From NCBI GenBank assembly GCA_047602425.1, contig JASGHG010000001.1:4992001-5056000 (forward strand): a DNA stretch of 64,000 nucleotides, given 5' to 3'. This document shows positions 23,506 to 32,188 of this stretch, one piece after another (position 1 is the first letter of the stretch; each line of letters opens with the position of its first letter). Made by a program: the position numbers and the translations under genes. A model generated the notes under the pieces. That model saw only the letters and a list, made by a program, of their open reading frames with translations. It was not told the origin of the DNA and did not search any database. The DNA comes from Nibricoccus sp. Lineage in GTDB: Bacteria > Verrucomicrobiota > Verrucomicrobiia > Opitutales > Opitutaceae.

Positions 23506-24381
23506 TCACCGGTGCTTCTGCATGCTTTTCGGGGGGACGCCGTGGACGGCTTTGAAGCAGCGGGAAAAATGATACGGATCGGCGAAGCCCACGCGCAGCG
23601 CAGCTTCTTTAACCAGCCCACCGGTCTCGACGAGATATTCCGCCGCAAGATTCATCTTTCGCCGCAGGAGATACTGATAGGGACTGGTTCCCTGAAAACG
23701 CCGAAACAAGCGACAGATACTCGAGGTGTCCAGGCCGGCGGCGGCGGCAATGTCTTCCAGGGTCACCAGCCGCTCCGCCTGTGCGTCGATCAAGGCCTTG
23801 CAGCGAAGGAAATTTTCGCGGGCGAGTCCGCCAGCGGCGGAAGCTTCGTCGACCGTTGCGGCAAGTTTAAGCGCAAGCAATTCGACGAGGAGTTCGCAGA
23901 TCTCTTTGGTCTGCGAACCGGCGTGGCGGCCTTCGCGAATGAGATCTTCGAAAACGCCCCGAACTTCGCCGTGAGCGACGACGCGCCTCACCTGCCCCGG
24001 CGCGAGGCCGGCTCGGGCCAGCAGACGCGGCGCACGCTGCCCACTGAGGCAGATGAAATATTTCACCATGGGATTTTCCGCGCTCGTGCGCATCGCGCAA
24101 CTGGTCGTCGGCGCACAGGAAAACACGCTGCCCGGTCCGAGTTCGTGCTGCCTGCCATCGAGCGTGACCGAGCCCTGGCCGGCGGCCACGTATTCGATGA
24201 TATGATACGCATAACCGGAGCGATCGATGGCGTAGTCGGGATTGCAATACTCGCGTCCACCGAGAGCCAGAAAGGCGCCCGCACCCGGTTGCAGCCCGAG
24301 AAAGAAATAGCGCGAGCCGGAAACCTGCTGCGAGAGCAGGTTCTGCGGTTGAAGGCTCGGAGATTTTTCGGCCGGGGTCAT
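23506..24381 (-). CDS. AraC-family transcriptional regulator
   Basis: Cupin-like N-terminus; VGFADPYHFSRCFKAVHG HTH. Confidence 0.92.
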   Translation of the reverse strand: MTPAEKSPSLQPQNLLSQQVSGSRYFFLGLQPGAGAFLALGGREYCNPDYAIDRSGYAYHIIEYVAAGQGSVTLDGRQHELGPGSVFSCAPTTSCAMRTSAENPMVKYFICLSGQRAPRLLARAGLAPGQVRRVVAHGEVRGVFEDLIREGRHAGSQTKEICELLVELLALKLAATVDEASAAGGLARENFLRCKALIDAQAERLVTLEDIAAAAGLDTSSICRLFRRFQGTSPYQYLLRRKMNLAAEYLVETGGLVKEAALRVGFADPYHFSRCFKAVHGVPPKSMQKHR

Positions 24382-24412
24382 TGCCGGTAGCTATTATGTG
24401 GTTGGGGCTTTT

Positions 24413-24497
24413 GGTAGGGACGCCTCTCCGAGGCGTCCGCTGCAACGTTTAAAGGGCTTTGCGACGTTAACGGACGGCTCGGAGAGCCGTCCCTACC
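24413..24497. repeat. GTAG-type REP doublet
   Basis: GGTAGGGACGCCTCTCCGAGGCGTCCG ... CGGACGGCTCGGAGAGCCGTCCCTACC. Confidence 0.85.
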
Positions 24498-24536
24498 AAC
24501 AGAAATTTCGTCTGGCAGGTTTTTGGTGAGAAAAAA

Positions 24537-25514
24537 CTATTTTATATACGCAAGCAATTCACCCGGCGTCACCGTAGCGGTGCCGAGTTTGCCGACGACG
24601 ACGCCGGAGGCGGCGTTAGCGAAATGTGCCGCGGTTTCGAGGTCAGAACCGGCCGCCAGCGCCAAGACGAGCGAGGCTAGCGCGGTGTCGCCCGCGCCCG
24701 AAACGTCGAAGACTTCGCGGGCGGCGGTGGGGATGATTTTGCCGATTTTGCCGTCGGCGGAGAGCAGCATGCCGTCTTCGCTCAGCGTGATGACGAGGTT
24801 GCGCGTGCCGTAAAGTTTGTGGAGCTGGGCGCAAACTTCCTCGGCGGGAAATGGCGTGTGCGGCTCGGGTTCGATGTCGGCGAGTTGGAGTGCTTCGCGT
24901 CGGTTGGGTGTGATGAGGTCGAGATTATTGAAGTGAAGTTTGCGCTTGGGCTTGGGATCGAGCGCAAGGAATTTGCCGGCGGCGCGGGCGAGCTTGCTCA
25001 CACCTTCGACCAGCGCGTCGGTTAGGATGCCCTTGGCGTAATCGGAGAACACCACGGCATCGCAGTCCTTGATGGCCAAGCCAAAGAGCGCCTCGATTTT
25101 CGATGGATCGATGCGATAGGCCGACGGCGCAGCTTCGCGGTCGAGACGGCAGAGCTGTTGGTGCTGCACGAGCACGCGGGTTTTGACGATCGTCGCTCCA
25201 CTTCCCGGCGTGGCGATGGTGGAGATTTTTTTGTCCGCGAGAATTTTGGAAAGTTTCGCACCGGCTTCGTCGTTGGCGAAATAACCAGCCACGGTGCATT
25301 GCGCGCCGAGCGAAGCGATGTTGAGCGCGACGTTGGCCGCGCCACCCGCCGTGTAACTGTCGCGCGCGATGTCGACCACGGGCACGGGCGCCTCAGGCGA
25401 GATGCGCGTGGCGTCGCCCCAGATGTAGTGATCGAGCATCACATCGCCGATCACGAGGATACGAACGCGGGAGATTTTTTTCAGGAGCTCTTGGGCGACG
25501 GGAACGGGAATCAT
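24537..25514 (-). CDS. rfaE1: D-glycero-beta-D-manno-heptose-7-phosphate kinase (stand-alone RfaE/HldE kinase domain, PfkB family)
   Basis: VIGDVMLDHY, RISPEAPVPVV, SDYAKG and DVSGAGDT motifs. Confidence 0.9.
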   Translation of the reverse strand: MIPVPVAQELLKKISRVRILVIGDVMLDHYIWGDATRISPEAPVPVVDIARDSYTAGGAANVALNIASLGAQCTVAGYFANDEAGAKLSKILADKKISTIATPGSGATIVKTRVLVQHQQLCRLDREAAPSAYRIDPSKIEALFGLAIKDCDAVVFSDYAKGILTDALVEGVSKLARAAGKFLALDPKPKRKLHFNNLDLITPNRREALQLADIEPEPHTPFPAEEVCAQLHKLYGTRNLVITLSEDGMLLSADGKIGKIIPTAAREVFDVSGAGDTALASLVLALAAGSDLETAAHFANAASGVVVGKLGTATVTPGELLAYIK

Positions 25515-25580
25515 GGAAAAGAAATGGAGAGGAGAACTACTGATGAACGCTAAACAAGAAAACTGTAATTAGGAGAGATG

Positions 25581-25707
25581 TACCGCTAATTTTCGCTGAT
25601 GTCCGCTAATTTAAAACCTTCGAAAAAGAGCTGGTTCATCTATCGGGTGAGATAATTTATTCGGCCTTGCGGAATCCATTTTCCGATTTTAGCGATAATT
25701 AGCGGTT
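25581..25707. repeat. Inverted pair of 10-bp-periodic CGCTAAT repeats
   Basis: taccgctaat tttcgctgat gtccgctaat ... ttagcgata attagcggtt. Confidence 0.7.
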
Positions 25708-25778
25708 CACCAATTTCTGAGTTTAGGTTGAATGCAGTTAAAAGTGAAATGGTGGAACGGCTGCGGAAAATCATCCCG

Positions 25779-26909
25779 TTACCGTAACTCCCAGTTGTAG
25801 TGACAGGCGGAAAGCATTTTCGGGCGCCCGTCGGTGACCTGCACGACGTCCTCGATGCGGCAGCCGCCGAGGCCGGGATAATAAAGACCGGGCTCGACCG
25901 TGACGACCGAACCTTTCTTCAAGCGATAATCAACCGTGCTCACCCGCGGCGGCTCGTGCACGGCGAGGCCGAGACCGTGTCCAGTGCCGTGGAAAAACCC
26001 GACGGAGCCTTTAGCGGTGCGTTTTGTTTCGTAACCGCGATGCGAGAAGACAGCGCACACGGCCTGGTGCACATCGTGGCCATTCACGCCGGCGCGGATC
26101 TTGCCGAGAGCGGCGAGTTGGGCTTCGCGCACGGCGGCGACAAGCGCCCGTTGCGCATCGCTAGCCCGGCCCTTGAGAAACGTGCGTGTCATGTCGCCGT
26201 GGAAACCGGTAGCGTTTACGCGCGGGAAAACGTCGACGATGATCAGTTCGTTCGCGCGCAGCGGGCCGTGACCGCGCTCGTGCGGATCGCAGGCCTGATC
26301 GCCACCGGCGGCGATGGTGTCGAGCGAGATGGCGCCGGCTTCGAGGCAGGCGATTTCGATCGCGATCTTGAGTCGTTCCGAGGTGAGCGTTTCGCCACGA
26401 TAAGAGAGGCGGCCGTTTTTAATTTTGCTCGCACGAAGGACGGCTTCAGCCGCGAGAATGCCGAGCGCGCTGCAACGATTGCCCTCGCGAATGGCGGCGG
26501 CCTCGGCGGGGGTTTTGATTTCGCGCTGCGGGAAAAGCGGGCCGTCGGCGATCTGAAGTTTCATGCCGTACTTGGTCAGACGCTGCGCGAGACCGACGGG
26601 AAAATCCTCGGCCACGAGAAAACTTTTTTGGCGATAATGTTTTGCCAGCACCGCGATCACCTCCGCCGCCGTGGTACGAGCCTTGGGAAAACGTTTTTTC
26701 GCTTCAGCCGCCCAGGATTCCAGCGGCAGCACCACGTCGAAAGCGGAATCGCGTTTCACGCGTCCGAATTCGAGCGCGCTGACGACGGCGAATTTTTTCC
26801 GGCGAAGCGCGAACGAGATGAAAGGGTCCGGGACGTTCACCTGGCCGAAGTAAAGCTGGTCGGCGTTGTGGGCGGAGTCGGCGTAAAGAAGGGTCGGCGG
26901 CGTAGGCAC
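25779..26909 (-). CDS. Xaa-Pro aminopeptidase (M24 family)
   Basis: DVFP, GDMTRT, HGTGHGLGLAVHE and VEPGLY...CRIED motifs; GTG start inferred. Confidence 0.92.
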   Translation of the reverse strand: MPTPPTLLYADSAHNADQLYFGQVNVPDPFISFALRRKKFAVVSALEFGRVKRDSAFDVVLPLESWAAEAKKRFPKARTTAAEVIAVLAKHYRQKSFLVAEDFPVGLAQRLTKYGMKLQIADGPLFPQREIKTPAEAAAIREGNRCSALGILAAEAVLRASKIKNGRLSYRGETLTSERLKIAIEIACLEAGAISLDTIAAGGDQACDPHERGHGPLRANELIIVDVFPRVNATGFHGDMTRTFLKGRASDAQRALVAAVREAQLAALGKIRAGVNGHDVHQAVCAVFSHRGYETKRTAKGSVGFFHGTGHGLGLAVHEPPRVSTVDYRLKKGSVVTVEPGLYYPGLGGCRIEDVVQVTDGRPKMLSACHYNWELR

Positions 26910-26955
26910 AGGGAAAAGTTGAATTATGCGCGGACGCCCATTAGCCACTGATGTC

Positions 26956-27495
26956 GTGAAAAACGCAAATCTGCATTGGAGGTCGGTTTTATTCGCGGCA
27001 ACGATCGTTCTGCTGGTCCCGTTGACGGGTTGCGGCAAAAAACTGGCCGCGGAAAAACCCGAGGTTCACAAAACCGTTTCGGATTATTTTCCGATCAAAG
27101 TCGGCGACCGCACCGTGCAGATGCAACTCGCTGTGCTTCCGCTGGAGATGCAACAAGGCCTGATGGGCCGGCGCGATTTGGGCTCGGATCAAGGCATGAT
27201 TTTTGTCTACCAGCAACCGGACCGTATGAGTTTCTATATGCGAAACACGCCCACTCCGCTCGACATCGGCTTTTTCGATGCGAAAGGACAACTTTGCGAA
27301 GTGTATCCGATGCATCCCTACGACGAGAAGACTGTGAGCTCACGCAGCCACGCCATTCAGTTCGCTTTGGAGATGAACCAAGGTTGGTACAAAGCCAGCG
27401 GCGTGAAGACGGCGGCGCAGCTCGACCTGAAGGCGCTCGCGGCAGCGATGGAAGCGCGGGGGTTTCGCGCGGAGATGTTCGGGCTGCCGAAATAA
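26956..27495 (+). CDS. DUF192 family lipoprotein
   Basis: LTGC lipobox; GLMGR, GMIF, FYMRNTPTPLDIGF and ALEMNQG motifs. Confidence 0.88.
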   Translation: MKNANLHWRSVLFAATIVLLVPLTGCGKKLAAEKPEVHKTVSDYFPIKVGDRTVQMQLAVLPLEMQQGLMGRRDLGSDQGMIFVYQQPDRMSFYMRNTPTPLDIGFFDAKGQLCEVYPMHPYDEKTVSSRSHAIQFALEMNQGWYKASGVKTAAQLDLKALAAAMEARGFRAEMFGLPK

Positions 27496-28038
27496 GGTGT
27501 CCGACGCGAAGCGCATTAGCCCAATGCGCCGGTTTGAGAGCGATGTCGCCAAGCGCGTTGAGGTGGCACAGCGCCAAGAAACGCTGACAAAATCCGCCAT
27601 TAATTCGCTGACATTTTGTATCCAAGGTGAGGCATGCCTTGGATACAAAGTTCGATCATTGAGCAACGAGAGGAGTTGGTTGTGGCCATGCTACGGCGTC
27701 GTGAGCCGATGCGAGTGCTCTGCCATCGGCTTGGGATTAGCCGGCAGACTGCGTACAAGTACTTGCGCCGATTTAGACAGGAGGGACGTTCCGGTCTAAG
27801 GGAGCGACGTCGCGGCCCCAAACCCAAGCAGGCCGCACAGTGGGCCGATTGCGCCCGGATGATCATTCGAGAGCGCCGCCGCCGGCCCACTTGGGGAGCG
27901 CGCAAACTGCGCTGGTGGCTGCGCGAGCGCCTGCCCGGTCGGCGTTTGCCCTCCGAACGGACCGTGGAGCGCTGGTTGCATTAAGCTTACCCCGAAAACG
28001 TGGACAAAGAAGAGGGCCTACGAAGAAAGAATAAGTCC

Positions 28039-28389
28039 ATGAACAAACCCGAGACCAAGAACGAGGCGGCCCCGCCGCCCCGCAAATACGTGCCTGAGTA
28101 TGACGAGGCGTTTCGCCGCGACAGCGTGGCGGCGTGGCGGCTGAGCGGGGAAAGCGTGCCGAAGTATGCGCCGAAGATCGGGGTCCACGAGACGACCCTG
28201 TATGCGTGGATCCGCACGGAGGAACGCCCCCATGGGGGCGGCGCGCAAACGCCGGCCGACATCGGTTCGTTGCAAGCGGAGTTGCGAGCGCTCCGTCAGG
28301 AGAACGAGCGCCTGCGCACCCAGCGCGACATATTAAAAAAAACCTTGGGCATCCTCTCCGAACCCCCGCCGAGCGGTACGAAAGGATAA
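28039..28389 (+). CDS. IS3 transposase OrfA
   Basis: YDEAFR, IGVHETTLYAW HTH, leucine zipper and RDILKK. Confidence 0.9.
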   Translation: MNKPETKNEAAPPPRKYVPEYDEAFRRDSVAAWRLSGESVPKYAPKIGVHETTLYAWIRTEERPHGGGAQTPADIGSLQAELRALRQENERLRTQRDILKKTLGILSEPPPSGTKG

Positions 28390-29237
28390 CTGCGATGAAG
28401 ACCCACCACACGATCGCCGATCTGTGCGCGGCCTTTGGCGTGAGCACCAGCGGGTACCACGCGTATTGCCACCGGCAGACTCATCCGGGTCCGCGAACAT
28501 TGGCGGATGCGGAACTATCCCCGAAAATCACCGCCGCGTACCTGCGGAGCCGGGGCACCTACGGAGCGCCGCGTATCCAGCAAGTCTTGCGATGCCCGGG
28601 CCAGCCCACACCCAGCCGCAAACGCATCGCCCGGCTGATGAAACAACAACGCCAAAGCGCCCGGCCCCGCCGGCGGTACAAAGTCAAAACCACCGACAGC
28701 AACCATCCCGGTCCGATCGCCCCGAATCTCCTCTTGGGAAAGCCTGCGGTCACCGCGCTCGATCACGTTTGGCGGAGCGATCTGACCTACATCGGAACCG
28801 GCGAAGGCTGGCTGTATTTATGCGCCTTCAAAGATGCATGCAGCCGCCGGCTGGTCGGCTGGGCCATGAGTGAAAAAATCGACACGCCACTGGTCCTGTC
28901 GGCCTTGGAAATGGCGCGCCGTTCGCGCCAGCCCAAAGCCGGGTTGATCATCCACACCGACCGCGGCTGCCAGTATGCCAGCGAGGCGTACCGCCAGAAG
29001 CTTCACGCGATGGGCGCGATCCCCAGCATGAGCCGCCGCGGCAACTGCTACGATAATGCCGCCATGGAATCGGCCTGGAGCACCCTCAAACTCGAATGCG
29101 TTTATCCACGCACCTTCGCCACCCGCGCAGAAGCGCGCGCCCATCTGCACGACTATATTTGCTTCTACAACCGCGAGCGCCTCCACAGCTCCCTCGGTTA
29201 CCTCTCCCCGCTCGACTACGAATCCCTCCACCACTAA
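28335..29237 (+). CDS. IS3 transposase OrfB (DDE), reached by -1 frameshift at the A8 run 28335-28342
   Basis: YGAPRI, WRSDLTYI, HTDRGCQY, GNCYDNAAMES and YNRERLHSSLGY motifs; TTAAAAAAAACC slippery site. Confidence 0.92.
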   Translation, partial: KKNLGHPLRTPAERYERITAMKTHHTIADLCAAFGVSTSGYHAYCHRQTHPGPRTLADAELSPKITAAYLRSRGTYGAPRIQQVLRCPGQPTPSRKRIARLMKQQRQSARPRRRYKVKTTDSNHPGPIAPNLLLGKPAVTALDHVWRSDLTYIGTGEGWLYLCAFKDACSRRLVGWAMSEKIDTPLVLSALEMARRSRQPKAGLIIHTDRGCQYASEAYRQKLHAMGAIPSMSRRGNCYDNAAMESAWSTLKLECVYPRTFATRAEARAHLHDYICFYNRERLHSSLGYLSPLDYESLHH

Positions 29238-30232
29238 CCATAACAACCCACCTCAAATCTTTGTCCGTCCTTCCGGGGCAAGCCCACATTCCGCCGGTTT
29301 GGTTCGGCAAGGCCGACGGCGGCCGCGTCCGCCGCAATGGCATCCCCGACGTCGGCAGCCGCGGTGCTCGAATGAAGTGTGGACCTTCGATTGGAAGGGC
29401 TGGTTTCGCAGTGGCGACGGGACCAAGATCGAACCGTTGACCGTTCGCGATCAGGGCAGCCGGTTTCTCCTCTGGGTCCTGCCACTGGCTCAGCGCAGTG
29501 ACGCTGAAGTACGCCGTGTCTGTCGACATTTGTTCCAAACTTACGGTTGCCCCAAAACCATCCGAACGGACAAAGGCGGCCCATTCCGCGGCAATGGTCC
29601 CTATGGACTGACCAGCCTGAGCCTTTGGTGGTATCGCCTGGGCATAGAGGTGGAGTTTGTGGGTCGTGGCCATGGCATCGACAACAACGCCCACGAACAG
29701 ATGCACGGGGTGATGAAGAAGGAAACGGCTAGCCCGCCCGCCAAGACATACCAGGCACAGTTGTGCCGCCTGCGCCGCTGGCAGCACTGCTACAACCATG
29801 AGCGACCGCACGATGGGATTGGACAAAAGCCACCGTGTCGACGCTACCGGCCACAACCCAGCCCGTTGCCGCCGCTGCTGGTGCCGGTCTATCCAAACGG
29901 TTGGCTGGTGCGAACGGTTCGGCTCAATGGTGATATCCACTTAGCCGGCAAACGTCACTACATCGGCCGCACCTTTGCAGGCCTGCCAGTAGGATGCAAA
30001 CGTACGGCCGGCGGTTACCACGTTTACTTCCACCGACTCGTTTTGGTGAGCATTGCCTCCCAGCACCTGTCATCGCACTAGGTTCGGAGAGGGAGGGGCT
30101 GCGCCCCTCCCTGCCTCCCCGCTTCCCATGGGAAGGACTCGGACTTCGGAAAGTGTCAGCGAAACTCTGGCGGAACTTGTCAGCGAATTATGGCGGACTG
30201 CCACTTCAACGCGCTCCACCGCAATTCAAGAC

Positions 30233-30694
30233 TTACTCCAGATCTTTCTTGGAGATTTTGCCGGTCGTGGGGATTTCGTTATCCGTTTTGAGCATGAGGA
30301 CGGGGATCTTGGTTTTCACCCAGATACCGACTTCCTTGAAATGCTTCGCCGGTACATTTTCGAGCGCCTCGCCCACGGTCTTCGGCGGCATGAGACGGCC
30401 TTTTTTCGTGGTATTGAATTCGTAGGTCGCGCGGAAAATCCGGTCCTGCGTGGTCACAACGCTTTCGTCCTCGGGAATCTGGAGCACCCAGCCCACGAAG
30501 TCGGTCTTCGGCAGGCGGTCGTTGGGATCGGAAATAAGAATGGCGAACTGCTTTTTCACCGCCGGCGGCTTCTCGTCGTCGCCCTCAGCTTGGGTGAGGA
30601 TGTTCATCTCCTCCACGATCTGGCGGAGGATCTTGGGATCGACCTGGTTCTTCTTGAGGATCTCAGCAACTTTGTTGACGTCGATTTTTGGCAT
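30233..30694 (-). CDS. Hypothetical protein
   Basis: 153-aa ORF with host-like codon usage. Confidence 0.8.
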   Translation of the reverse strand: MPKIDVNKVAEILKKNQVDPKILRQIVEEMNILTQAEGDDEKPPAVKKQFAILISDPNDRLPKTDFVGWVLQIPEDESVVTTQDRIFRATYEFNTTKKGRLMPPKTVGEALENVPAKHFKEVGIWVKTKIPVLMLKTDNEIPTTGKISKKDLE

Positions 30695-30783
30695 GGAGCT
30701 ATGAGCGAATTTGCCCCACGAAAGGACACGTTCCGTCCGCCGTCACAAGCCTAGAAAATTTTCCACAACGCTCCTTCCCTCTC

Positions 30784-31314
30784 ATGTCCTTCCAGCCACA
30801 CGCCCAACGCGGCGACGAAATTTTCGACATCGTCAACGACCGCGACGAAATCATCGGCCAGGCCACGCGCCGCGAAGTTCACGCCCGCGGCCTGCTTCAT
30901 CGCGCGGTGCATGTCTTTGTTTTCAATGCGCGGGGCCAGCTCTTTCTGCAAAAACGTTCCCTGGCCAAGGATTCCGCGCCCGGTCGCTGGGCCTCATCGT
31001 GTTCGGGTCACGTCGATTCGGGCGAAGACTATTTGACTGCGGCCGTGCGTGAACTCGACGAGGAAATCGGTCTGCGAATCGCGGGCCCGCACCTGCTCAC
31101 GCCGATCCTGCGCAACGGCCCCTGCGCCGACACCGAGCAGGAATTTGTCTGGGTCTATCGTCTGGAATCGGAAGGTCCTTTCGTGCTTAACCCGGCCGAG
31201 ATCGACAGCGGAAAATGGTTTTCCCTCGCCGACCTCAGCCGCGAACTTGCGGAAAAGCCCGAAACCTTTGCGCGCTCCTTCCGCTTTCTCTGGGCGAAAC
31301 TGCAAGCGCAGTGA
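30784..31314 (+). CDS. NUDIX hydrolase (IDI/YfcD-like)
   Basis: HRAVHVFVFN, LQKRS and the GHVDSGEDYLTAAVRELDEEIG Nudix box. Confidence 0.9.
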   Translation: MSFQPHAQRGDEIFDIVNDRDEIIGQATRREVHARGLLHRAVHVFVFNARGQLFLQKRSLAKDSAPGRWASSCSGHVDSGEDYLTAAVRELDEEIGLRIAGPHLLTPILRNGPCADTEQEFVWVYRLESEGPFVLNPAEIDSGKWFSLADLSRELAEKPETFARSFRFLWAKLQAQ

Positions 31315-31401
31315 GTTGCGTGCAGCGCAAGGGTGGAATTTTTTGTGTCTTTTGTGCTTTTTGTAGCCAAGCTTCTCTACATCTAGGAAATTCTCACGCC
31401 C

Positions 31402-31968
31402 ATGACTCTCACTTCTGAGCAACAACAAGCCGTCTCCAACTGGGTCGCCGCCGGCGACAATCTTTCCGTCATCCAGAAAAAGCTCTCGGAGCAGTTTAAA
31501 ATTTCCATGACGTACATGGACGTCCGCTTTCTCGTGGATGACCTCAACCTCGCTCTGAAGGATGCCGCGCCGAAGGCCGACGCCAGCGACGTCAGCAAAC
31601 CCGCCGCAACCGGCGCCGAAAAAGCCAAAACTGCCTCCAACCTTCCGCCCGACGAAATGGACGAGGCGGACGCTCCCCTTCCCAGCGAGGACGAATTCCC
31701 CGAGAACGCCGACCTCGACGAGGCCCTTCCGCCCGACGCCGGCCCAAGCAGCCTCAGTGTCACGGTGGACAAGGTCACGCTTTTACCCGGCGCGATCGCC
31801 AGTGGCACCGTCACCTTCAGCGATGGCGTGACGGGAAAATGGATCGTCGACAACTATGGCCGCCCCGGTTTCACCGAGGTCAGCAAGCCCGGATACCGTC
31901 CGTCCGCCGCCGACGCCCAAGCCTTCATGCAAGAGCTGAGCGCCGCGCTGCAAAAACGCGGTTATTGA
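31402..31968 (+). CDS. Hypothetical protein with acidic linker
   Basis: 188-aa ORF with host-like codon usage. Confidence 0.8.
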   Translation: MTLTSEQQQAVSNWVAAGDNLSVIQKKLSEQFKISMTYMDVRFLVDDLNLALKDAAPKADASDVSKPAATGAEKAKTASNLPPDEMDEADAPLPSEDEFPENADLDEALPPDAGPSSLSVTVDKVTLLPGAIASGTVTFSDGVTGKWIVDNYGRPGFTEVSKPGYRPSAADAQAFMQELSAALQKRGY

Positions 31969-32188
31969 GCCCGTCCAGCGGCCTTGCCCATCGTCCGCGA
32001 CTTCGTTTCGTCCACGCATCCCCTGTGATGCGCCCATGGATTGGTTGCGCCTGTGTAAAGAGTCGTCCGCTCCCTCCAAAAAAGACTTTCCCGCCGCGCT
32101 CCCGCCCTGTTAGCTCGCCCTTTCGTTCTCCGGGTCGCCGTAATTCCTACGCGCCACCCACTCCTCGTTCCTCGTTACTTTCCCGCCA

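Larger units (their letters stand above)
27982..29286 (+). mobile_element. IS3-family insertion sequence (1305 bp)
   Basis: Left end TAAGCTTACCCCGAAAACGTGGACAAAGA versus right-end reverse complement TGGGCTTGCCCCGGAAGGACGGACAAAGA; 3-bp CAT duplication at 27979-27981 and 29287-29289. Confidence 0.93.
27634..30081 (+). pseudogene. IS481-like transposase split into 27634-27981 and 29290-30081
   Basis: N-terminal half MPW...EQR...GISRQTAYKY...WGARKL; C-terminal half WTFDWKG, IRTDKGGPF, YNHERPH. Removing the IS3 element restores ...RWLH-SAGLVRQ in frame. Confidence 0.88.
27563..30204 (+). mobile_element. IS481-family-like insertion sequence, interrupted by an IS3-family element
   Basis: GTGGCA...TGCCAC ends; two CGCTGACA subterminal repeats at the left end and two TGTCAGCG at the right; DDE transposase inside. 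Exact tips uncertain by 1-2 bp. Confidence 0.8.
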
